Assembly: GCA_044892525.1 (NCBI GenBank)
Contig: CM097888.1
Span: 90,644,001-90,708,000 of the forward strand
From: Schmidtea polychroa
Taxonomy: Eukaryota
Length of the DNA stretch: 64,000 nucleotides
Reading direction: 5' to 3'
In this document: positions 10,701-19,545 of the stretch, piece after piece
Layout of the letters: every line of letters starts with the position of its first letter
Numbering within the stretch: the first letter of the stretch is position 1
The notes under the pieces: model-generated
Told to the model about the DNA's origin: nothing
The model's database searches: none
Seen by the model: the letters and a program-made list of their open reading frames with translations, nothing else
Translations under genes and position numbers: made by a program

Positions 10701-13450
10701 ATCTGGTGATTGTCCCACATACCCATTTCGCTTAACGAGGTGTCGTCCTCCGCTCGTAATATTATCTTATCGTACATCATGACTACATCATCCACCATAC
10801 CATCACTACTTTCGCTACGTACCTTTTCCGTTATCTCTTGGTTTATTTTTGATACCAAGTCATCCACTGTACTCTGATTGCTCATTTTTATTCGTCGTTT
10901 TTCTTCGTTCGGTAACCATATGGTTATTTCCAACCTCTGTGGCTGGGTTTCTTTTAACCTTCCATATTTGTGGATCAAATTTATGGTTCTCCAATCACTC
11001 ATTCGGAGCATTTCTGTATCTCGCAACCGGCTCATTAGTTCGTACATGGCTGGGGCTCGTCTGGTGATGAGTAAATCCCAGTTGTCTTCTACTTGTTCTT
11101 GAATTTGTTTGATCAGCTTATCCAGGTTTCGTCTCAGAGTACATTGTTTTATTTGTTCTAATTTCAATTTGATATTAAAATCATATTCGGCCTTGGCATC
11201 TTTAGCCCAATCGTAAAGGTTGGCTGGTTGTTTTTCTTTATGCAACTTCAGTATTTGCGTTTCCCCTGGCCATATTAGTGCATCTACTAAGTGCATATCT
11301 GGTTTGATCTGTTCTCCTTGGTATTGATACAGATATTCTTTCTTTCTCGAACTTCCCAAATGCTCTCGTATCCAATCGAAAAGTTCGTCGGTGACTGTAT
11401 TTTTTATCCACATTCTTTCAAGTCCTCTACTCGTTCCGATTTTTATTACATACCGCGTGGTATCGGCCTGCTTCATTTTTTCCATATAATTTTTTATAAT
11501 TGATTTTTCCTCGTTTGGTATTAAATCTTTCTCGTTTCTTTCCAATTTCATCACTTTTTGCACGAATCGCCTGAATGGTATTACGTCAATGAACTCTTGG
11601 TTCCTCACTACTACTGGGAGTATTTCCGCTACTTGTTTTATCGCTTCCTCCTTCCCTTTTCTCAACTTTATTTCGATATCCTCGTCTTCACTTTCGCTGG
11701 TTATCTCGCTTTCGCCTTCTTCCTCTTTGATTTCCCCTTTTGGAGGTTCGCTTATTTCATTCAGCTGTAGTATTTCTCCACCCAAACTACTTACATAGTC
11801 TTCTTCCTCGTCTGACGATGCTACATCTTTTGTCCTTTTCATCATATTGATTTGCAAGTTTCTCATCCTTGGTACTCTCTTTAGTTTCTTTCTTTCGAAT
11901 ATCGTTGTTTCTTCTGATTCTAATTCCTGTAGCATTTGGTGGTTTAGTTGACTGGTTTGTTCCTTGCTCTTGTTATTTTCATCTTCTGTCTCGGCTTTCG
12001 CTTTATTATGTTCTTTTTCGATTTTATCTTTTATCTTTTTCCAGAATATTTTCTGAATTCTCTGGTTTCCTTTTAAAATCGTGGTTGAATTCTCTGTTTT
12101 CATTTCCGTTGTTATTTCTTTTACCTTTTCTGGTTCAGTCATGGGTACTACCCTTGGGCTTTTCCCGTAATTGTAGCAATACTGGCTCTTCATGTCTTTT
12201 ACTAACTTCATCATATTTATTCGCAATGGTTGTTCTTGTCGTTGTTGGTTGCGTTCTTGTTTTATCCTCTCTTCCTCGGCCTGTAGCCTTTGCCATTCTT
12301 GTACATGTTGATGCACTTCATAATTGTTGAGATTTTCGGTACTCCTCATCATACGTATATTCTGGGTTTGTTGTGGTGCTGATTCTTGTCTTGGTCTCAT
12401 CATTTGTTGCATCATCTGTTTCATCTGCGAAATTTCCTGCATAACGTTCATTTGTTTTCCTTCGTTAGGGTTACTTTGTCGTTGCGGATTCGCTATATAA
12501 TTATTATTTCGCTGTGGTGGTCGTTGTTGTTGGCCCCTTTCTCGGCAATCTCTGGAGATGTGACCTGGCTGACCACAGTCAAAACAGCCTCGCAATTGGC
12601 ATACATTTTCGGTATGTCCACGCCGTCCGCAACGATTACAATTTGAATTTCTATAACAATCTCTGTCCCAGTGTCCTGGTTTACCGCATGTTCGGCACTG
12701 CTTGTTATCGTTCATATTTCGTCGATTATTGAAATTGTTCTCATTATTCGGGTTGTTACGATTACCATTATTCCCGTTTGATCGTCCTTGTGGTGGTTTG
12801 AAAATTTGGTGCGCTCCTGGTATAAATTGATTCATTTTCGGTTCTTGATTGTTGTTATCTCCGTTATCCGCTTTCGCTATTGCTGTCGCTATCCTTCCCT
12901 CCTCTTGCATAATATTCATTTGAGCTGGAAGGTGGAGCTCGCATCTTGTAGCCCAATCTATGGCTTCCTCTAATGTTTTGCACATTTGACAACCTACTGA
13001 GGCTCTTACTTCTTCTCGGCGTAATCCCTCTATGAAATAACCGATCAGATTTTCTTCGGGTAATTTTCCATTCATTGCTTTCTTCGCTAATCTCCGCAAT
13101 TCACTGGCATATAATGTTATCGATTCGTTTGCTCTTTGTTTCCTATTTGCTAGTTCGCCCAACGCCTGGTTGATTGGCTTACTGGCTCCGAAGGTTTTCT
13201 TCAGGAATGTTTTAATATCTTCCCACTTTTCTAATTTCGTGTCTCTCTCTTTAGCTTCTAAATATACCTCTAATGCACTATCGCACAAAAACAACGGCAT
13301 CCTTTTACTAATGGCTTCGGGTGTCCATCCACACACAGTGATATAAACTTCAAAATTAGTTATGAACGATGCTAGCTTGTTTGCGTTTCCGTTGAAAGGT
13401 TCTCCTCTGAACTTCTCTTTATACTCGTCGGTTTTTACGACATTCGTCAT
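4604..13450 (-). CDS. 2948-aa polyprotein Gag-Ubl x3-Bcl2-like-glycoprotein-PR-RT (RT truncated near 4700; last ~32 aa are junction read-through)
   Basis: Single ORF. CCHC x3 at ~12545-12700, DTGA at 6209-6220, YIDD at 4991-5002. RT similarity stops at KNYAGIAK. Confidence 0.93.
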   Translation of the reverse strand: MTNVVKTDEYKEKFRGEPFNGNANKLASFITNFEVYITVCGWTPEAISKRMPLFLCDSALEVYLEAKERDTKLEKWEDIKTFLKKTFGASKPINQALGELANRKQRANESITLYASELRRLAKKAMNGKLPEENLIGYFIEGLRREEVRASVGCQMCKTLEEAIDWATRCELHLPAQMNIMQEEGRIATAIAKADNGDNNNQEPKMNQFIPGAHQIFKPPQGRSNGNNGNRNNPNNENNFNNRRNMNDNKQCRTCGKPGHWDRDCYRNSNCNRCGRRGHTENVCQLRGCFDCGQPGHISRDCRERGQQQRPPQRNNNYIANPQRQSNPNEGKQMNVMQEISQMKQMMQQMMRPRQESAPQQTQNIRMMRSTENLNNYEVHQHVQEWQRLQAEEERIKQERNQQRQEQPLRINMMKLVKDMKSQYCYNYGKSPRVVPMTEPEKVKEITTEMKTENSTTILKGNQRIQKIFWKKIKDKIEKEHNKAKAETEDENNKSKEQTSQLNHQMLQELESEETTIFERKKLKRVPRMRNLQINMMKRTKDVASSDEEEDYVSSLGGEILQLNEISEPPKGEIKEEEGESEITSESEDEDIEIKLRKGKEEAIKQVAEILPVVVRNQEFIDVIPFRRFVQKVMKLERNEKDLIPNEEKSIIKNYMEKMKQADTTRYVIKIGTSRGLERMWIKNTVTDELFDWIREHLGSSRKKEYLYQYQGEQIKPDMHLVDALIWPGETQILKLHKEKQPANLYDWAKDAKAEYDFNIKLKLEQIKQCTLRRNLDKLIKQIQEQVEDNWDLLITRRAPAMYELMSRLRDTEMLRMSDWRTINLIHKYGRLKETQPQRLEITIWLPNEEKRRIKMSNQSTVDDLVSKINQEITEKVRSESSDGMVDDVVMMYDKIILRAEDDTSLSEMGMWDNHQIIRIVPMDEFRTRDVTYQKEIRDRMKTLYQKSTEIIKIHQQWLKEKELQGKITKLSTRSCRRTPWERVWNAESKEWEIRKGTFVETDIGETESESEEEEEEPPKYEEEAREQTSDDEGETDVTSESENEARHIHAMRKKEREYADMDGEEATEAREREEKERYKQLGDILAMGAKNQRRQVVALANIILKTSEDIHNLRGMAKAIEEYRQYNEWYPEQLEQIIRKWRNQEWAQDTQERYHIRIKYPDKSIEELEVHPTTKIRELKKKLAYETPFHLQLFGKSLDDNADVGITPMRLEETNVLTMAETLGKPLKRKSKIIKPTKGSLSTPSPNKAPSKSNETEEVEEIILEDSDDEPGERSPLLVRWPTGAEMWTNNQPSTSYQQPTKLNIEEIIDNTTETETDEQFQKQREPTKVTPESQTDKIIDEWNEWLRNNDSSLPRTDNERNPNYENTREAGTMMEKRAKGRPKKQGEKSEFKTKEQLKQEQGQVRLEKLDKIVWDLKEAQPTIERGEKWIRELLKDMLIITNPQLRRLWQRKVASTEARQLWHTISGIIPKLIKEKTKTTKTDWDETKRVIEQLTTNANDDEHHLVVITYLMYNLMGLAARKIPNKQFANHVEMTVSIIENTIEPHIIRAGGWKRLIQAPRKNEQERSMQVRLKKLLNELEWELPMKDPASRKASINSLMMTMMIWMLCTSGATGFTIYDCDNMIMRDKYSLRDIEECRQASPNKLDIVRTKVTYHVYQESDFIRTQARECVVSKKVLAYYCGQYSYSTLILPGLDKEIVSIQREDCKELFRTGALKMHNGVTIHGQTGMIKTESVYVSGKVKSSDGSCNGGTYTIRGEVISGVVVIESYTVELKEYEAQFDANNYQMKTNPTCRATENVCRTGVSTIIYEANTQKCRLQLLKSALFNEVKGEIYENENDEDGNDRVRMRNGKPMPPSPREKRLSTQKTPTALITDDPDLGMRFIKEKETTKCDSIVYKTNYAGIYMSRQIIDRAVGKIATEDVKLYLYANNKMDFLFHRGQTTLQKVYYDLIQNDCSLNKEILKTKLAIAITHPDNTMPSLPLPDGHFGRMVGEVMYTYQCTKTYARMPEKSILPEKRCANELEIRYKGQNRFVQPVTRIMNPVGFYPNLFNCSNAYGPLYERPDGKWMMLPGKTISEEPKKFGLIELATELDFKPIDVSNGGMYSPEDLETARLNVLFPARRESILSNMVTITGGTNYQSGPNYELLLSPDHFQQATSNMMKAMWGRFLVFGQMMAGILGIILIIQIVRVILTQMLACFDIYKREKKVNWKMIVGFLPFLAKTMVLHGHSKDIHRIKRLIKILTKIKGTDEEVGRRFRKVMYDEATRRQLKKNKPKFLDRFRSQSSNSDSDDDDNGNDKCLYPNRNPNEKPMETAPYWEKEKTNTSIANGSYIPPDIVGPQTALTMTQNMYPQLPSQPGMHYMPTRRTKSVDQADDVRTIAAMSLPGGPAVTVMIQINGKETNAMIDTGANVSAIAINQIPSKHWKDIESTTIHIIACSKETVDVVGRWWTTLRYQDNEIETYLAVIPKLSVPCIIGTDLMPELLKEVVIDLTTMCLKDKTGRICKMNSVIRCPEKIIVPAKSQMICQIKVDTGMEGEVIFEPSKSFEKRRELPLAREIITINQEGVIPLNITNFEEEDKIIYENEKLGRLTPMMDIELPKVTNEMIKDDELWTIDSMLLTNDEKKKLHRLLVEYKDIFAISDLDLGTCDVTLHAIPLIDETPIALRPYKLAEMQKEIAETEVQKMLDAKVIEPSCSPWQFPVVMVKKKDGTQRFCIDYRKLNAVTKRDTYPLPDINEMLLMLQGAAYFTSLDLKSGYWQIKVKDEDKEKTAFTLGRDLYQFRKMPFGLTNAPASFQRCMNFVTHGIKQCMVYIDDLLIYSATFEQHLEDIRNVFIRLRQWKLKLKPSKCDWAKEKVTFLGHIVSAKGKEPDPRNIEKIKTCPAPKTVTQVQEFLGLCGYYRKFIKNYAGIAKTRKEKASTRAAVGFKGRMGLKGKVHTRKMHV
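4700..6290 (-). other. Aspartic protease and reverse transcriptase
   Basis: AMIDTGANVS; PWQFPVVMVKKKDG, RFCIDYRKLN, LDLKSGYWQI, MPFGLTNAPASFQR, VYIDDLLIYS. Confidence 0.95.
6760..8660 (-). other. Chuvirus-like envelope glycoprotein with internal signal peptide and C-terminal TM
   Basis: Hydrophobic MMTMMIWMLCTSGATG then FTIYDC...SL...EC, YCG.YS, C..L..TG, DGSC.GG.Y and WGRF..FG..MAGILG TM. This cysteine/motif spacing is typical of chuviral G proteins as I recall them. Confidence 0.8.
8770..9200 (-). other. Bcl-2-like helical domain
   Basis: Ends in a BH2-like motif IENTIEPHIIRAGGWKRL (compare L..WI...GGW..F). The BH1 region is divergent (no NWGR). Confidence 0.6.
9785..11460 (-). other. Three dispersed ubiquitin-like (beta-grasp) domains in the polyprotein
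   Basis: Three ~75-85-aa blocks (~11460-11240, ~10935-10685, ~9990-9785) with a Ubl pattern (alternating hydrophobic strands, TV/IxxLxxKI helix, L.y/f.G..L.D...L). Pattern recognition only. Confidence 0.6.
12540..13450 (-). other. Gag capsid + three CCHC zinc knuckles
   Basis: CRTCGKPGHWDRDC, CNRCGRRGHTENVC and CFDCGQPGHISRDC, preceded by a retrotransposon-Gag-like region (QRANESITLYASELRRLAKKA). Confidence 0.9.
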
Positions 13451-14716
13451 GATTGGTGTTCTAGGTTCGTCTGTTTCTTTTAAATTGTCTAACGATGTGA
13501 CTAAACTTTGGGCTGATAACTCCTCGGTTGACGTTGCTAAACTATTAGTGATATCGGACAGACTTTCTCTACTTCGAGATCGACTAGGGGTATATCCGAG
13601 ATTTTCTTGGTCAAATATGGGTACTTGATTGGTTCTTCTGGATCCTTGTGATATTCCTCTTTGATGTTTAATGGATCGTCCTCTTTTGAGTTGTTGTAAT
13701 TCGTCTCCTGAAAATAATACGTCTCCTGGCTTACTAGAAGATCTAAGATTGGGTTTATCCGTGATTCCTTTCTTACGCTTCTTGGTAATTAGCGGCTATT
13801 GAATTGGACGCGTTCGGTTCTGATTGTGTTTCCTTCGATAAATATTCTGTATGAATCTGCTACTGAGATCTTCTTCCGTTCTGGAGTCTTCCGGTTGCTG
13901 TGTCTCTCGGTGCGGGTTCTGAATGGATTTATCCTTGGTTGATTGTCGATTTCTTCGAATTCCTTTTGTGCAGGTTCTGGATTGTCTTGGTTGGCTGGAT
14001 TGGCTTGATATCTAAAATGAAAAAATGATCTCGTGTTGCATTTGCTTACACGACTTCATCATTCTTTCTACAACATTCAAAAACAGACGCCTTTTAGGTT
14101 TCTGTTTGTGCTTCCCCTATCTTTTTGTGAAATCCTTTCTGCGGGTTATAATATCCCATCAGCCCGTATTTTCCGTCGATTTTAAATTATCTATCTGGGG
14201 TAGTAACAATTATCTATAAAGTCGTAGTAATTATCTATTCGTTATCAATTATAGTAAAAATAGGTCGTTGTCAGTCTCTGCTTATTACCCCCCTTCGTTT
14301 TCTTATTCCTTTGCGCTGTTGTCGCTGTTTTACTTTTCGTATTTACTATTATCCCACTCGGTTCTACTCTGGAACCGGTACAAATACATTTTCCCGGTTT
14401 ACCCCAAAAAAAATTCCGTAGAGTTTCTCTACTTCACTGGGATCCCTTTAATTAGTTAGTTACTTTCCTCTTTACTCATTATCATCATTTCATCTATTCT
14501 TTATTTTCTATTATCTCTTTAATTCGTTTCCTTCTTCCCTTTCCTTTTTCATTATAATCTTATTTTCTTTTCCACGAGCTCGTTTATTTCCTCTCTAAAC
14601 TCGAATTTTCAAAATTACATTCAATTTGTTCTAGCTAGCTTTAATATTCCATATCACTAGTAATTTAAATATTATCTCATTGTAGCTTAACTGCTATCTC
14701 TCGCTTTTCTAGGCCT

Positions 14717-15123
14717 TTACGACTGGCTGGCACTATTCAACAGCTCAATCTTCCTCCTTCCTGATCGGTTGGACTTTTCACAACTCGACCTTACGACTGG
14801 CTGGCACTATTCAACAGCTCAATCTTCTTCCTTCTGATCGGTTGGACTATTCAACAACTCGATCTTACGACTGGCTGGCACTATTCAACAGCTCAATCTT
14901 CCTCCTTCCTGATCGGTTGGACTTTTCACAACTCGACCTTACGACTGGCTGGCACTATTCAACAGCTCAATCTTCTTCCTTCTGATCGGTTGGACTATTC
15001 AACAACTCGATCTTACGACTGGCTGGCACTATTCAACAGCTCAATCTTCCTCCTTCCTGATCGGTTGGACTTTTCACAACTCGACCTTACGACTGGCTGG
15101 CACTATTCAACAGCTCAATCTTC
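14717..15123. repeat. 74-bp tandem array, 5.5 units, alternating A/B variants
   Basis: ttacgactggctggcactattcaacagctcaatcttc recurs at 14717, 14791, 14865, 14939, 15013 and 15087. Confidence 0.97.
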
Positions 15124-15495
15124 AATATTCCTCGCTCTGCATGCTTCTATTTCTCTTTTCTTCTTTTACTCTAGTTTACCATTTTCTCTGTCTACTTTTA
15201 ATTTGTCGACTTAATCTTTACCGCTTGGGAGTGTTTCCCCTTTCCCCCCTTGCTCAAAACGCACGACGATCGCGATGATCCATTTCTACCTTGGCATGGT
15301 GATCAGTCATGTCGCAAAAACTTCTCATCATATGCGATGGTACCCCGCCCTACGCTTCTTACTTGGGTTGATCAGTTATCCCCTCCCAACGGGTTCTTGC
15401 AATAAGACGTACCGCTCGAAGGTGGCTCGGTTTGTACCCCTGCAGTCTATATTGGGACTAATTCCACGTTATTCAACCCTCTCTTCATTTGATTC

Positions 15496-15496
<1 letters not shown>

Positions 15497-15532
<36 letters not shown>
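15497..15532. repeat. A36 homopolymer (U36 in element sense), flanked by attcc/ggaat
   Basis: Directly visible in the sequence. Confidence 0.9.
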
Positions 15533-15534
<2 letters not shown>

Positions 15535-15726
15535 AATAAAACAAAACAAACACGCAAATATTCATTCGTCATGCAAATTTTATTAGTCCTAATCATCAAA
15601 ACTTTTTAAAGACGAATTTATTTATCATAAACATAAAGATTGAATCATTAACAGTACGTGTTACTTCAACAATTTCATGCATTCTTGTTCAAACATCGTA
15701 TACTTGCCGTTACATCGCCGGCCGTT

Positions 15727-16212
15727 TCATTCGCCATAATAGACCATATGGGTCTCTTTTATTTCATATTTGCACATCGTGCATCTTTTTAGGTCTTTTA
15801 CACACTCTTCACAGTGACTGAGGTGTCCACACGGCAAGAATAATACGCGAATAGGACGGAGTTTGCAGGCTATACAAGTTCGTAATTGGTTAACTTTTTC
15901 CTGTATTTTTTGTTCGATTGCATCTGGTATTGTATTTAGTGAGTCTTTTAGACGCTGATAATCTAGATTTAATGTTGGGTGGTTCAATCTCTCTTGATAC
16001 CACTGATATACGGTTTCGGGGTTTATTTTTCCATCTGGGCGACTTAGGCCTGTGGCTAATATCATATGATTAGGTACGACTGGTGTTTGTCCGATTGCTT
16101 GCAGTAATATCGCGTTGATTTTTTCTCTTTTATGCGTCAGTGTTGTTAGGGAGTCGTTTTCTATATCGATAAACTTGAGCAGTTGTTGCATTTGGTTCGC
16201 GAATTCTGTCAT
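15727..16212 (-). CDS. C-terminal C3HC4 RING protein (IAP/MDM2-type RING), no BIR domain seen
   Basis: CIAC...IRVLFLPCGHLSHCEEC...LKRCTMCKYEI at the extreme C-terminus. First ORF after the PBS. Confidence 0.85.
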   Translation of the reverse strand: MTEFANQMQQLLKFIDIENDSLTTLTHKREKINAILLQAIGQTPVVPNHMILATGLSRPDGKINPETVYQWYQERLNHPTLNLDYQRLKDSLNTIPDAIEQKIQEKVNQLRTCIACKLRPIRVLFLPCGHLSHCEECVKDLKRCTMCKYEIKETHMVYYGE

Positions 16213-16529
16213 AGCTGTTGGAAAAGTAATGTTTTAATAATATGTAGTAAATTAATAGTTAATTCGTTAATTGGTTTCTTTAACCATTGTTAATTATTTA
16301 ATTTGACTACTTTATCTCCTTTATTTATATATATCCTTAATTTTTCTATTATCTACATTTTGATTTTCTCTACTTAGTTCCTAATATAATTTAATAATCA
16401 ATAGTCACTTTGCATTCGTCAAGCAATGGTCGGTTGAAAATAGAAAATCGATGTGATAAATCCCTTTAATTTTGTATGAAACTCCCGGTGAATTTCGCAT
16501 TCGTTAATAGAAATTTCGATCGACTGTAG

Positions 16530-16547
16530 ATCCCGGCTGAGCCCCCA
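16530..16547 (-). promoter_or_regulatory. Primer-binding site complementary to tRNA-Pro 3' end
   Basis: TGGGGGCTCAGCCGGGAT vs canonical Pro PBS TGGGGGCTCGTCCGGGAT (16/18), located 7 nt after the LTR-terminal AACA. Confidence 0.88.
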
Positions 16548-17088
16548 AAAATCATGTTGGGGTCACACCTCGGCTGACCATTCTACCATGTTGGCGGGTC
16601 TAAGGGTTGATTGTCCATCTCGAATAAAAGGTGCCACCGATTTGTCAACCTGGAGTGAAACCCCACATAACTTTCTTCCAACATAGTGCCCGTGAATCAC
16701 TTCACGTTGGTACTGCACTATGCAGGCGAGACGCCAGCAAGCAGGTGAGCTTCTGCCTTAAAACTACTCCTTGCTGAGGCCTCGACTTCCCATTCACGAC
16801 TGCCGATAGAAGGGCTTACGTCCATTTCCTTACACAACCACCTATCAGGATTCGCTGAATGCAAATTGGGAAATTCTCACTAGATCTTGCGGGTTCTCTA
16901 CTCAACCCACTTAATTAAAGTCTAATTATTCATGAACGAAAACGTGTAAGACAACAAGATTTATTAATTTCAACGTTATGACACAAGGATTCAGCTGTAC
17001 ACTTTACTAATGTTTGTCGAAAGAAGAGAAAACATCATAATCAACATAGATCGGATCCTTGTTCCTCATCCTGACCGCCACTGGGGTT

Positions 17089-17877
17089 TTATTGTTTCTC
17101 CCATTCAGTGTCGGCGAATAATTCGTCGAGGTTGAAAAACTCGGAAGCGTTCTCTTCCCACCTTACGCCAGCGGCTGATATGATTCGCGCTGAGGGTCCC
17201 GTTGTTAGGTCGATGGACACGTGAGAGTTGCCACCGTTGGTTGAGTCCTCTATTGATGGGATGTTTGGCTTTGCAGTAGCGCGCTCGCGCTGTCTCTTCT
17301 TGCGCTCTGCACGAGAGAGTTGTTTGCGCTTGGGTTTGCTTGAAGATGCCACTTGCAGACGGGTGACTGATACAGATGGACTAGCAGTGGGGGGCTTACT
17401 GGTACCCGTGATGACAACATCTGGACGCTTGGGGGACCATTCGGTTTCGACGCAGTCTCGGCACGGTCTCTTGAACGGTGGAGATGGATTCGAGGAAAGG
17501 TTGTGATGAGGCGGAAAGATGTCATCGGCCTCTCGGATGGGAATCTGCACGATTTTTCGGGTTGTAGCCGCCTGCACGTAAACCTTATGCAGTGCCTCGG
17601 ATTGTTCTCTGATTAGACTTCTTTGGGCACGGCTCTCAGATATTAGCGCGTCCCGGCAATGCTCGCTACGATCGAGCTTCTTTTGGATCTCTTTCATCCG
17701 AGCGGGACTAAACCATGTCCCTTCCAGCTCGTCTATCTTCCTCTTGTAACGTCCAATCTGAGTTTGTAGGTCCTTTATCACCGTATTTTTATCCGCGCAC
17801 GAGAAGCACGGCCGTAATGCTGATTTAGTGGTTGGTAGCATGCTTGCTATAAATAATACTAATGAAATGGGGAACAT
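17089..17877 (-). CDS. LTR-encoded 262-aa protein of unknown function (CxxC, coiled coil, basic arm, acidic tail)
   Basis: Intact ORF clearly paralogous to 39165-39923 (LRPC.SCADKN, EGTWFSP..MKE, EHCRD.L..ESR.QR, QSEALHKVY). Confidence 0.85.
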   Translation of the reverse strand: MFPISLVLFIASMLPTTKSALRPCFSCADKNTVIKDLQTQIGRYKRKIDELEGTWFSPARMKEIQKKLDRSEHCRDALISESRAQRSLIREQSEALHKVYVQAATTRKIVQIPIREADDIFPPHHNLSSNPSPPFKRPCRDCVETEWSPKRPDVVITGTSKPPTASPSVSVTRLQVASSSKPKRKQLSRAERKKRQRERATAKPNIPSIEDSTNGGNSHVSIDLTTGPSARIISAAGVRWEENASEFFNLDELFADTEWEKQ

Positions 17878-17959
17878 ACGATTTTAGAATAAATTAGATA
17901 CGACCCGCGTCCATTCGTGGATACTTGACCGTCGAAAAGAAGGAAAACTTATTCTACAA

Positions 17960-19545
17960 TCCGGTTTTACTACGGATCTTAGTTGTTAAAACAGTTTATT
18001 TAACCAAATGCCATCGGTTTGACGCATGTTATGAACTTTGACTATCTATTGATCTAACTGTATGCATGAGGGACGTAATAATTGATAGGGTGTAAATATA
18101 ATATTGGTGAAACAATATAATAATGCTTTAGTAGAGGGACATTATAGTATGCGACCAAACCTTGCTATATGTTATCTATTTTAATTTATTAAAAACAAAT
18201 TACTATCGCTCTCAACATATTTTTGATTCGAAATTTGTTATTGGAAGTGCACTTTTAATTCGGTAGTGAATGTGATTATCTATGTTGTCTACCATTGGTC
18301 TGAAAATATGTGATGAGTTTACATCAGCCATTACTTTAACACCCTCATGGAAAATCCCATCGGTCATAACATATCCAAATTTACGGATACTGCTGTCGAC
18401 TGGTTGATTACATTATCGACCTATTGTGAATGTCACGTGTCGCGACTACTATGTATGCTAGTCTGATATTCTGTGCTCTCACCGCATGGATTCGTGTATG
18501 GCTACTATCTTATCTCACTCACTTGGTGTATGCCATTTTCACGGTGATTTTATCGATCCTGCTGTCGTATGATTTTCTCTGCACAGTGATTTATTTGAGT
18601 TATGATTTATGCTACCGCCAGTTCTCATCGCGGAATTTTACCCTTATCAACTTGTGTGAATGATCACCATCGTTTGGAAATTTATTGGATCTTTTCAGTG
18701 ATCGTCGAGGGAATAATTCTACCAAATACTGGAGCATATTACTACTCTCGTCATTCTACTCGGATTTTCCTATTCAGATGTAATGCCGTCTCGATGAAAC
18801 CTGTCCTTTTCTCTCAGGTTCAATAATTTGGATATATACAGTGACGACCTGGCTCTTATTGTAGAAATAAATGTTATTAATTAAATTTGGTGATATTTTA
18901 CCTGTTTATAATTTTTGAAATAACTAAGTCCATAAAAACTTTCTGATTATAATACTAGAGAGGTTTTCGTAGAATCTCGCATTTTATAGTTTCGAGTTAG
19001 TTAAAGTTTTTAGAATACTTTCGTAACCTGACATACAATCTGGACAGGTTAGATGACATTGGGTCTATGATAATGGAATTTCATACGAATTTAGTTCTAC
19101 TGAGTCCGGCAAATAGACGTTGTCGCAATTAATTTGATAAAACCATGTTTCCAGATGAAGCGTACTATGAGATGTTGTTATTTTTGACGAAGTTCACTAA
19201 ATCGTGGTCTGGATCTCTTTTTTCAATAGGGGTAAGACTTACGAAAAACGACTTGACGAAAGAAGAATGCGACGCCCTCAATCACTGTGCAAATCCTTGA
19301 AAATCCCTTCATTCGTATGACTATCTTTGTGAAATCATTGTCTACCGGTTATTTTTTATCCATACCCCATTGTGATAGTTTAGTCGCATCTTCAGCGATA
19401 GGACCCGTGAAGAAGCCTTCACATTCCGGCCCAATCTAGCTGCGCGATTGAAATACTCCATGTCCACCGGCTGAGCTCCCGAAGGCACCTCATACCATGA
19501 CATGGAGTATCTCAACTCCACGTTACTCGTTAAATGAAAATTCAT
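17960..19545 (-). pseudogene. Possible decayed upstream ORF within the LTR
   Basis: Coding-like stretches interrupted by stops and frameshifts; no family recognised. A similar slot exists at ~40450-41800. Confidence 0.3.

Noticed and set aside
102-13628. Many short plus-strand ORFs in the track (also 29936-32910, and 52882-53181 on minus)
   Set aside because: These are antisense shadows of long purine-biased ORFs.
14717-15123. CRISPR-like array (invariant 37-bp half plus intervening sequence)
   Set aside because: The intervening parts are two alternating near-identical variants, not unique spacers. The context is a eukaryotic retroelement leader with no cas genes.
15497-15532. Poly(A) tail of a SINE or processed pseudogene on the plus strand
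   Set aside because: No target-site duplication, upstream AATAAA or recognisable body was found. Not fully excluded.
16688-16829. HDV-like ribozyme or group I intron core (TTCACGT/TCCACGT loop, TAGTCC)
   Set aside because: The P3/P1 pairings and the ordered P7 elements could not be formed by hand. Kept only as an unknown structured element.
3889-17164. 635-bp direct repeats as the element's LTR pair
   Set aside because: Both copies include the PBS, the left copy splits an ORF and has its own 6-bp duplication, and the right copy continues into a larger LTR.
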